From a phage, in assembly GCA_032691205.1 (NCBI GenBank), contig GCA_032691205.1_4541.1: DNA of 64,000 nt. One strand, given 5' to 3'. The stretch's first letter is position 1. Each line of letters opens with the position of its first letter. The notes beneath the pieces are model-generated. The model saw nothing but the letters and a program-made list of their open reading frames with translations. It was not told where the DNA came from and ran no database searches. The position numbers were made by a program, and so were the translations under genes. Below, one piece after another: positions 45,426 to 53,318 of the stretch.

Positions 45426-45454
45426 TTGACAACTTTACGGAAGGGACTTATACT
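45426..45454 (+). promoter_or_regulatory. sigma70-like promoter
   Basis: TTGACA, 17 nt, TATACT upstream of 45488. Confidence 0.55.
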
Positions 45455-45487
45455 TGTCTCATCAACCAAACAAGAGGAGAAGTAAAA

Positions 45488-45919
45488 ATGCGTATGACAA
45501 TCGATCTGAATGCAAAAGTTAAAGCTGCTGGTGCTCTGGGTGCTGGTGTTATTAAACACAAACAAGCGTTGGCATTTGCCATCCCACATATGATTGTTGA
45601 GGATCATCCTGAAGAGTTTGCTGTAAAAGTTGTTGAGAACAATGTCTCTGTTATTGAACATCTTCCAACTGGACGTTCTTACCGTGTTGTTTCTTCTAAA
45701 GGTTTCCGTTTCGATGTAAGCCCTTCTTTCACAAAAGGTGCTGGTCGTAGTAAAGTGGGTATTCTTTCTTACAAATATTATATCGATAAAGTTGCAGATG
45801 GTGTTGCATTCTGTCGTGTAAGTGAAGGTAAAGTAGATATCATCTTTAAAAATACCAAAAACATGGTTATTTCTGACGATGGTAAAGTTGACCTCACTAT
45901 TGAGTTCGCTAACAACTAA
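45488..45919 (+). CDS. hypothetical protein
   Basis: 143 aa with own promoter and RBS AAGAGGAGAAG. Confidence 0.65.
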   Translation: MRMTIDLNAKVKAAGALGAGVIKHKQALAFAIPHMIVEDHPEEFAVKVVENNVSVIEHLPTGRSYRVVSSKGFRFDVSPSFTKGAGRSKVGILSYKYYIDKVADGVAFCRVSEGKVDIIFKNTKNMVISDDGKVDLTIEFANN

Positions 45920-45928
45920 GGAGGACTA

Positions 45929-46723
45929 TTGAGCAAGTTGAACACACTTGATCAATATTACACTAACCCCGCTTATGCGGGGTTCTTATGTGATAAGATC
46001 AAAGAAATTTTTGGAGAGGAAGCTAACTACGTAGAACCATCTGCGGGAGAAGGAGCTTTCTCTTCTTGTTTTAAAAACATAACTTCTTTTGATATTGACC
46101 CTAAGTTTGAAGATTGTATTGAGGCAGATTTTTTAGCTCAATCTGTTGAGTCTGTTGGTAGTGTAACTGCTTTTGTCGGTAATCCTCCGTTTGGAAAAAA
46201 TGCTAGTCTTGCCATTAAGTTCTTTAACCATTGTGCTGAAATGTTGGATAACGAAGGTGGTATTTGTTTTATCTTGCCTCGCACATTTCAAAAAATCTTT
46301 TTTGCACACAAACTAAATCCCCACATGCATCTTCTTTACGAAGAAGAATGTCCAAAAGGATCTTTTATTCTTCATGGAGAACCTTGGGATGTTCCTTGTG
46401 TATTCCAGATATGGATTAAACGCAACGAGAAGCGTTCTCCCGTTGTTTTAGGAGAGAATCGACTATTCGTATTAGGTAACAGTAAAGACTACGATATAGC
46501 CGTTAGGAGAGCGGGAGCAAGTGCAGGTAAAGTGTTATCAGAAGAAGATTCTTTATCTGAAGCATCTACCTATTTTTTAAAAGCCTTGACTTCTAATCTT
46601 AAAACGCGTATCATTGAGGCTTACCCGTTACTTAAAGCTGAAGCTAGTAAAACTGCGGGAGTAAGAAGTTTAAGTTTAAAAGAACTTCAGTGGGTTCTGG
46701 AGAACATTAGAAAGGAGGAATAG
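45929..46723 (+). CDS. DNA N6-adenine methyltransferase
   Basis: TTG start with RBS AAGGAGG; motif I VEPSAGEGAF, motif IV FVGNPPFG. Confidence 0.65.
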   Translation: MSKLNTLDQYYTNPAYAGFLCDKIKEIFGEEANYVEPSAGEGAFSSCFKNITSFDIDPKFEDCIEADFLAQSVESVGSVTAFVGNPPFGKNASLAIKFFNHCAEMLDNEGGICFILPRTFQKIFFAHKLNPHMHLLYEEECPKGSFILHGEPWDVPCVFQIWIKRNEKRSPVVLGENRLFVLGNSKDYDIAVRRAGASAGKVLSEEDSLSEASTYFLKALTSNLKTRIIEAYPLLKAEASKTAGVRSLSLKELQWVLENIRKEE

Positions 46724-49700
46724 TGAGTAAGTTTACATGGGATATTGAAGCAAACGGATTGTTGAATAATGACACTATTGATTATTTAGCTAGTCCTTAT
46801 CGTCTCAAAGACACATTTCAAATGCACTGTATTGTCTTAGAGAACCATGAAACAGGAGAAATAGTAGCTTTCCACGATGGCCCTAAATACATCTTTGATG
46901 GGCGTCCTTATGAAGAGTCAGATGGTAAATACACATATGTTCTTAAAGAGTATGTGGCGCAAGATTACACGCATTTTCAACTAAAAGATTTCCCAGACTT
47001 TATTAATCATGAAGGTTATTTTAAAGACAAGCCTGAATATCTGGTTGAAATGGCTGTGGCTCACAACGGTATCAACTACGACTGGTTGGCTACAAAACTG
47101 TTTTATGGATTAGATTACAGTGTTAAATATAATACGTGGGGCAAAAATAAGGTAAAACTTATTGACTCCTTGATTTTGAGTAAAGTGTTAAACCCAGATC
47201 GAAAGATTGAGGGCAAATCAGGACATAGCTTGGCAGCACTTTCTCGAAAGGCAGGGGGTGATGTAAAAATAGATTTCCGTAAAGAGATTCCAGAAGAAGA
47301 TCGATTTAAGACTTTTGCTGCTGATATGCTTTATTACTGTATCTATGACAACAAAGCCAATACGAGCGTATATAATTACCTTATGGAAGAGTGGGGTGAT
47401 TATGATAAATGGGAAGGTCCATTTGAACTTGAACAACGTGTAGCAGACATTATTACACGCCAGGAACACCGTGGGTTTGCTTTTAACATGAAGCAAGCAG
47501 AAGAGAACCTTGCTTTTTTGGATGCAGAAATGGAGCGTCTTCGTTTACTCGTTGAGCCTATTTTGCCACCTAAACCAGCAACAAAAGGTTATCTTAAGGC
47601 TTTTATTCCACCTAAGTTGCAAATTAAAAAGAACTTAGAGCCAACTAACCATATGATCAATTTTGCTAAGAAACATGATGGTCATTTGGAAGAGAGGGAT
47701 GGAGATTGGTGGTTAGTGATGTTGGGGAAAGAGTGGAAACTGCCAGTTGCAGCAGATGAGCCTTTGTGTGATCCTAATATCCCTGCAACATTGAACGATA
47801 CTACCCATATTAAAAACTGGCTTGTAGGATTAGGTTGGGTACCGTCTGAATATAAAGATAAAGACTTGACTCTTAAATCTGGCACCAAGATTAAAAAGAG
47901 CGAGGAAGAACTTCAGAAAGGTATTCGAGCTTACGTTGAGCAAACTCTATCTTCTAATTTTTGTCAGGATCGTTGTGATCATCTGGAGTGCACACCGGAA
48001 ACCTTGGAAAGGAAGATTCAAGAGCGTATAGCAAAAGGTAAAGGTCGCGGTCTTAAAGTATTGACTAACCCATGTTTTACCAAAGGTCAGGAAAAAGAAA
48101 TTTGTCCTAACCTGCAAGCTTTGGGTGAGAAATTTCCTTATGCTACACAGATTGTAGAATACTTAACGTATAAGCATCGTAGGAACTCTATTTTAGGCGG
48201 TGGTGCTGATTGGGAAGAAGACGAAGAAGATCAAGAATACAACAAAGGTTTCTTGGCAGCAGTTCGTGCAGATGGACGTATACCTACGCCAGCGGCTACA
48301 TGCGATGCAGCAACCTCTCGTATGAAGCATAGGTCTGTAGCTAATATTCCTCGTGTCACATCTTTGTTTGGATGGCAGATGCGTAACCTGTTTGGTGTAG
48401 AGGTTCCTAAATACTTCCAGATTGGTTATGACTTTGATTCATTAGAGGCGAAGATTGAGTCGCATTATACGTGGAGATATGATAATCCTGATCATGCTTA
48501 CTGTAATGCACTTCTGTTAGAAAAACCAAACGATGTGCATACTATGATGGCAAAACATATTACTGATATTATTGGACGTAAGTTTGAACGTGGTCCTGCT
48601 AAGAGCGTTAAATACGGTTGTGTACCTGTAGATAATACGGAAGTGTTAACAAGAACGGGTTGGAAGAAACGTAAAGATCTTTTTGTAGGGGATGAAGTTT
48701 TATCTTATAATACTCACACCGCTCTTTACGAATATACCCCTATTCTTAAGCTGTGGGACTATAACGATGCAGAAGTTGTCTCTCTCGGTAACAAGTGGTT
48801 CAAAGTAGAAGTTACTAACGATCATATGTGGATTAACGCACAGAGAAAAACTATGCGATCAGATGGTAACAATGTTAAGTATATGCAAGTGGAGCGTAGA
48901 TCTACAGAGGATTTAAACTCGGAGTCAAACATAATTGCAGCAGGGCGATCTGGTGTGGTGTCTACTCTAACAGTGGAAGAAGGTCGTTTCTTAGGCTGGC
49001 TTCTTTCGGATGGCTACTATAAGTGGTCTGGCAAAGCCAGAAATAAAGTAATGGGTATTACAGTCACGGTAGATCAAGATGAGAAAAAATTCTTAGAAGA
49101 AGCACGTGAGGCTGTGGGAGATATCTTCACATTTGACGAGTATGTATCTGGAACGATGCATTCATTACGTCCTAATAAGAGTCAGTTTAGGGAATTTTTG
49201 ACTAAATGTGGCGTTGAAGTGGGTCAAAATAAGCACGAAGTGGACTGGTCTACATTAATTGCTAATCAAGGTCAAGCTGTGTTGGAAGCATTCTTAGAGG
49301 CATTCTGGATGGCAGATGGTCATAAGCGTCCAAACGGCAGTTTTGTTATCCGTCAAAAGAAAGGTAAGATTAGCGACGCTGTTTCTTTGGCTATCAATAT
49401 GACAGGTAATATTGCGTATGGTTCTGTTCAAAAAGATGGCATGTTAACGTTGGCAATCAATAACGGACAAACTATTTCAGGACAGAGGTTGACAAAAGCT
49501 TTTTCACGAGTAACAGATGTATTCTGTATCTCAACCAAGAATGAATCTTTTGTTATGCGTCAGAATGGTTTTATCACGTTGACAGGTAACTGCACGTACG
49601 GCGCTCAAGCAGACAAGGTTGCTAAAACAATTGGTAGCGATAAATACACAGGTCAATTAGTGTTCGATGCTTTCTGGGAAGCTGCATTCCCACTGGCGCG

Positions 49701-50292
49701 TCTTAAAGAACGTTTAAACGATTTCTGGGTTAAGACTGGTAAACAGTATGTTTTGGGTATTGACGGTCGTAAGGTTCCTACTCGTTCTGCTCACGCGATT
49801 CTTAACTCTCTGTTCCAAAGTGGTGGGGTTATCTGTGCTAAACGTGCAATGGTTATTTATGACGATATGATCGAAGAAGAAGGACTAAGTGTTGACTTCT
49901 TTAAAGATGACTGGAAGAATAAAGACTTCGTGCAACAAATGATTGCATATCACGATGAAGCCCAGCTTGAAGTTTCTCGTAACCTTGTAGAATTTAAATG
50001 GTTTTCACCTGAATCATTAGGTTGGAAGAAAGTAGACGATCCTGAAGAACAAAAGAAAATTGATAAAGAATGCCTTGCTAAAGTCGAAGAATGGAAGCAT
50101 AATAAGGAAAAAGAGACAGGGCAAATTTGGGCTAACATTCATGAATCTCCCAAAGGTGGATGGTTTACAGCCTATAGTCGGGCAGGTGAACTTGCTGCCT
50201 TAGCTGTTACTAAGGCTGGAGAATTTTACAATCTTAATGTTCAGCTTACTGCCGGATATGATGTGGGTAATTCCTGGGCATCCTGTCATTGA
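46723..50292 (+). CDS. family A DNA polymerase with 3'-5' exonuclease, interrupted by an intein
   Basis: GTG start; N-terminus FTWDIEANGLL...HCIV resembles T7 gp5; motif B rebuilt as PAKSVKYG|CTYGAQADKVAKTIG after removing 48619-49590. Confidence 0.85.
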   Translation: MSKFTWDIEANGLLNNDTIDYLASPYRLKDTFQMHCIVLENHETGEIVAFHDGPKYIFDGRPYEESDGKYTYVLKEYVAQDYTHFQLKDFPDFINHEGYFKDKPEYLVEMAVAHNGINYDWLATKLFYGLDYSVKYNTWGKNKVKLIDSLILSKVLNPDRKIEGKSGHSLAALSRKAGGDVKIDFRKEIPEEDRFKTFAADMLYYCIYDNKANTSVYNYLMEEWGDYDKWEGPFELEQRVADIITRQEHRGFAFNMKQAEENLAFLDAEMERLRLLVEPILPPKPATKGYLKAFIPPKLQIKKNLEPTNHMINFAKKHDGHLEERDGDWWLVMLGKEWKLPVAADEPLCDPNIPATLNDTTHIKNWLVGLGWVPSEYKDKDLTLKSGTKIKKSEEELQKGIRAYVEQTLSSNFCQDRCDHLECTPETLERKIQERIAKGKGRGLKVLTNPCFTKGQEKEICPNLQALGEKFPYATQIVEYLTYKHRRNSILGGGADWEEDEEDQEYNKGFLAAVRADGRIPTPAATCDAATSRMKHRSVANIPRVTSLFGWQMRNLFGVEVPKYFQIGYDFDSLEAKIESHYTWRYDNPDHAYCNALLLEKPNDVHTMMAKHITDIIGRKFERGPAKSVKYGCVPVDNTEVLTRTGWKKRKDLFVGDEVLSYNTHTALYEYTPILKLWDYNDAEVVSLGNKWFKVEVTNDHMWINAQRKTMRSDGNNVKYMQVERRSTEDLNSESNIIAAGRSGVVSTLTVEEGRFLGWLLSDGYYKWSGKARNKVMGITVTVDQDEKKFLEEAREAVGDIFTFDEYVSGTMHSLRPNKSQFREFLTKCGVEVGQNKHEVDWSTLIANQGQAVLEAFLEAFWMADGHKRPNGSFVIRQKKGKISDAVSLAINMTGNIAYGSVQKDGMLTLAINNGQTISGQRLTKAFSRVTDVFCISTKNESFVMRQNGFITLTGNCTYGAQADKVAKTIGSDKYTGQLVFDAFWEAAFPLARLKERLNDFWVKTGKQYVLGIDGRKVPTRSAHAILNSLFQSGGVICAKRAMVIYDDMIEEEGLSVDFFKDDWKNKDFVQQMIAYHDEAQLEVSRNLVEFKWFSPESLGWKKVDDPEEQKKIDKECLAKVEEWKHNKEKETGQIWANIHESPKGGWFTAYSRAGELAALAVTKAGEFYNLNVQLTAGYDVGNSWASCH
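48619..49590 (+). mobile_element. intein with LAGLIDADG homing endonuclease, in the polymerase
   Basis: Starts CVPVDNTEVLTRTGWKK; LAGLIDADG motifs FLGWLLSDGYY and LEAFWMADGH; ends VMRQNGFITLTGN followed by +1 Cys. Confidence 0.75.
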
Positions 50293-50310
50293 TCTAACGT
50301 ATTGTTTTAT

Positions 50311-50332
50311 AAGGGGCTTCTGCCCCTTTATA
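50311..50332 (+). terminator. terminator-like hairpin
   Basis: AAGGGGC-TTCT-GCCCCTT then TATA. Confidence 0.4.
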
Positions 50333-50341
50333 GGAGAAGAT

Positions 50342-50533
50342 ATGAGTTACGATTTAGATTATTTTGGTATGCCTTACCTACCAGATGAATTTGAAGGTGA
50401 AGAAGAACGTGAATGGGACGATGGGGATATCCGTTGTTGGTCTTGTGGTAAAGATATGTCCTATGAACAACATATGCACAATGATGGTTTCTGCATACAT
50501 TGTTATAATGAAATTGATCTGGAGGAAGATTAA
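50342..50533 (+). CDS. hypothetical Cys-rich small protein
   Basis: Start MSYDLDY with RBS AGGAGAAG; CWSCG...CIHC. Confidence 0.5.
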   Translation: MSYDLDYFGMPYLPDEFEGEEEREWDDGDIRCWSCGKDMSYEQHMHNDGFCIHCYNEIDLEED

Positions 50534-50700
50534 TGGGAAATGGTATCATGATTTGCTATAAAATTGTGCGTATTGTCGGAGACGAAGTTATCACTCGGTA
50601 TTTTATGATAGAGTCTCAAGCCGATGAGGTTTACAATGACTGGCTTGAAAAAGGTGGATACGATTTTGTATCTAAAGAAACTTTCCGTTTAGAAGTATAA
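50533..50700 (+). CDS. hypothetical protein (55 aa)
   Basis: ATG 50533 with RBS GGAGGAAG. Confidence 0.4.
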   Translation: MGNGIMICYKIVRIVGDEVITRYFMIESQADEVYNDWLEKGGYDFVSKETFRLEV

Positions 50701-50710
50701 GGAGAAAACA

Positions 50711-50929
50711 ATGCGTAAATTAGTGAGCTTTAATGTTTCAATTCTTGTTGATGAACAAAATGAAGATGTTATTAAAGGTCTTGCAAATAAGATTGCAGGT
50801 GGAATGACGGAAGCTGAAGTGTGGGAAGAATGTGCTCGACTTTATGAGGAAGGTGTTATTGAGGTCTTGGGGGATGAGATTAATATGGACGATGTTGTAA
50901 AAGTAACTGTGGAGCGTATCCATGACTAA
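50711..50929 (+). CDS. hypothetical protein
   Basis: ORF 72 aa, RBS AAGGAGAAAA. Confidence 0.55.
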   Translation: MRKLVSFNVSILVDEQNEDVIKGLANKIAGGMTEAEVWEECARLYEEGVIEVLGDEINMDDVVKVTVERIHD

Positions 50930-51515
50930 ATCAAAACAAATCAATATTGCCAAAGAAATTCTTACCGTATTAAAGATTGCTGATCCTAATTCTGTCTTGG
51001 CTGGCGGCGCTGTTCGTGATTGGTGTATTCTTGATATTGCTGGACGTGATCTGGATTTTTACACGTCTCTTCCTGCACATCGATCAGAAGAGCAAATACA
51101 AGAATTGATTGCATCTGCTTTGATGGGAACTAATGTTCGTAAATTAGGAAACAAAGAAGCTTCGGATAACTACGAGGGTGTTACTGGTCTTAAACACGTT
51201 TTTGAGTTTGAACGTGATGGTCAGCTTTGCAACCTTATGATTATGGAACCAAGCGTAATGACAACCTTTCTAAATGAGTTTGATCTGTCCATCTGCCAGG
51301 CTGCATTTGATGGGAAGGATTGTTATTACTCTAAAGATTTTGAAACAACTTTGGAAACAGGGATCTGCTTCTTGCACAAAGATGTTAGAGAAGATGCCAA
51401 ACACGTTATTAAAATTGCTACACGTTTCCCATATCTTCGTTTTGTGAAAGAGGTTAAGGTTCCACGTCCACCTCAAGTAGATACCAGATTGGAAGAAGAT
51501 GATATTCCTTGGTAA
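50922..51515 (+). CDS. minimal nucleotidyltransferase (CCA-adding/poly(A) polymerase head-domain type)
   Basis: 197 aa; LAGGAVRDWCILDIAGRDLDFYT matches the GGxxRD...DxD signature. Confidence 0.5.
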   Translation: MTKSKQINIAKEILTVLKIADPNSVLAGGAVRDWCILDIAGRDLDFYTSLPAHRSEEQIQELIASALMGTNVRKLGNKEASDNYEGVTGLKHVFEFERDGQLCNLMIMEPSVMTTFLNEFDLSICQAAFDGKDCYYSKDFETTLETGICFLHKDVREDAKHVIKIATRFPYLRFVKEVKVPRPPQVDTRLEEDDIPW

Positions 51516-51522
51516 TTAAAGC

Positions 51523-51552
51523 TTGACAATATTAAACATTTTATGATAGGAT
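51523..51552 (+). promoter_or_regulatory. sigma70-like promoter
   Basis: TTGACA, 18 nt, TAGGAT upstream of 51561. Confidence 0.4.
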
Positions 51553-51560
51553 AGCATTCA

Positions 51561-51953
51561 ATGACTGAACGTTCTAAGATAGCTGTTGAAACTGTTTATG
51601 GAAATTATACCAGTTTAACACTAGTTGAGAAAAATGTTGTAGGTCTTGACAACTCTTTTTATTTTCAAATTTTGGTTATTCAAGGTGGAAACAAGAAGCT
51701 AACTGCTCGTGTTGAAACATCTGAAATAATTGAAACCACTGTTACAAACAAAGAATTCATTTCACTGCAAGATACAATCCGAAACGTTATAGACGAAGAA
51801 GGCAAAGCTGCCACAATTAAACTCGGAGGTTTCCCAGTGCAAATAGTTCATTTCCCTAATGGTGAAATTGGAGTTGGAATAGGTAAAGGTAAATACCTGT
51901 TAGAGCAAGATGATATGGAAAGACTCCGCTCTTTCTGTGCAAAATTAATGTAA
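51561..51953 (+). CDS. hypothetical protein
   Basis: ORF 130 aa. Confidence 0.6.
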   Translation: MTERSKIAVETVYGNYTSLTLVEKNVVGLDNSFYFQILVIQGGNKKLTARVETSEIIETTVTNKEFISLQDTIRNVIDEEGKAATIKLGGFPVQIVHFPNGEIGVGIGKGKYLLEQDDMERLRSFCAKLM

Positions 51954-51969
51954 TGTAGAGGAGATAATA

Positions 51970-52857
51970 ATGTCCGTAATTAATACTGAAACTGATCGTA
52001 AAGGCAAAACCGTAACTTATGCAACTGGTATCGTAGACTACGTTAAACTGGATAAATTCGCTGAACCTAAAACTTTTCATTGGGAAGGAAAAACGATTGT
52101 TTCAACTCACCGGGCTTCTCTTGTTCTGAAAGAGAAAGGTGCTAAACCAGATGAGAAAGGTGTTTGGATTTCTCTTGGTGATATTGAACTGAAAGAAGGT
52201 TATGAAAACCTGCAAGTTAAAGAAGGTGATAACTGGATCACTATTGAAAAAGGTGTAGAAGTAAGTATTGATATTGATCGCGTTGACAATAAAGGCGGTA
52301 AAACTTACTACAATACTAAAAAATCTCGTATTACAGTATTGTCTACCGATGGTGTTCAGAAGTCTAACAAATCTTCTGGCAATAAAGGTTCCAACGATGC
52401 TGCTCCTAAGCAACCCTATAAAAAACGTGATACTGTAGGTCTGGAAACTGGTCACGCAGTAAATGGTGCACTGGAACTGATTCGTAATGGTGTTAAAGGT
52501 GATGCTTTCGATATCGCTGGGGTTGTTCAATCTGCAACTGTCACGCTGAAATCGGAAATTGCTGAATCTCGTGGCGTTGATATTAATGACTATGATCTTG
52601 GGGCATCTGTTGGTCACGCTATCCTAAATGCTTGTAAAGACCATACCATTAAGACTGTATCTGTAGAAGATCTGATTGATTCTGCTCGTAAAGTTCTGGC
52701 TCTGTCTGATAAAGTTGCTGCTGCCATTCGTGGTTCCGCAGAACAACCTAAGAAAGAAGAGAAGAAAGAAGTTAAGAAGCCTGAACCACAACCAGAACCA
52801 ACTCCAAGTAATCAAGAAGAACCTCCAATGGACTTCGACGAAGATATTCCTTTTTGA
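51970..52857 (+). CDS. ssb: single-stranded DNA-binding protein
   Basis: 295 aa; Gly/Ser-rich linker and acidic tail PMDFDEDIPF, near-identical to the E. coli SSB tip MDFDDDIPF. Confidence 0.6.
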   Translation: MSVINTETDRKGKTVTYATGIVDYVKLDKFAEPKTFHWEGKTIVSTHRASLVLKEKGAKPDEKGVWISLGDIELKEGYENLQVKEGDNWITIEKGVEVSIDIDRVDNKGGKTYYNTKKSRITVLSTDGVQKSNKSSGNKGSNDAAPKQPYKKRDTVGLETGHAVNGALELIRNGVKGDAFDIAGVVQSATVTLKSEIAESRGVDINDYDLGASVGHAILNACKDHTIKTVSVEDLIDSARKVLALSDKVAAAIRGSAEQPKKEEKKEVKKPEPQPEPTPSNQEEPPMDFDEDIPF

Positions 52858-53285
52858 TCAGTAAGTTATGCTCGTGTTGTGGGGCTGAAAAGCCCCTCAA
52901 CATGTTCCAAGTAAGGAAGGCTTCTAAAGATGGCTATACGGCATCCTGTAAAGCTTGCTTAAAAGAACGTGACCGTATACGAGATCAAGACCCTAATCGT
53001 AAAGCAGCAAAAGAAAAGTATGTAAAGGGAAAAGGAAAGGATAAAGCAGACGCGGCTAAAAAACGTTGGCAAGAAAAGAATCCCAAGAAGCGTAGTGTTC
53101 ACGTTTTAGTTGGTAACGCACTCCGAGATGGAAAGTTAGTGAAACAACCTTGCCAAGTGTGTGGGTCTGTTGATGTTCATGCTCATCATTGTGATTATGA
53201 TAAACCACTAGATGTTCTATGGCTGTGTCCTCTGCACCATGAGGCTTGGCATCAAGAACATGGTGAAGGGTTGAACGCTGAATAA
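52854..53285 (+). CDS. HNH endonuclease
   Basis: CSCCG...CKAC Zn ribbon; CQVCGSVDVHAHHCDYDKPLDVLWLCPLHHEAWH. Confidence 0.6.
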   Translation: MISKLCSCCGAEKPLNMFQVRKASKDGYTASCKACLKERDRIRDQDPNRKAAKEKYVKGKGKDKADAAKKRWQEKNPKKRSVHVLVGNALRDGKLVKQPCQVCGSVDVHAHHCDYDKPLDVLWLCPLHHEAWHQEHGEGLNAE

Positions 53286-53290
53286 AAGAA

Positions 53291-53318
53291 AGGAGCCAAA
53301 TGGCTCCTTTTCTTATTT
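53291..53318. terminator. bidirectional terminator between convergent blocks
   Basis: AGGAGCC-AAAT-GGCTCCT with T-runs on both sides. Confidence 0.6.

Noticed and set aside
52102-52617. Minus-strand ORF of 171 aa
   Set aside because: Antisense to the SSB gene
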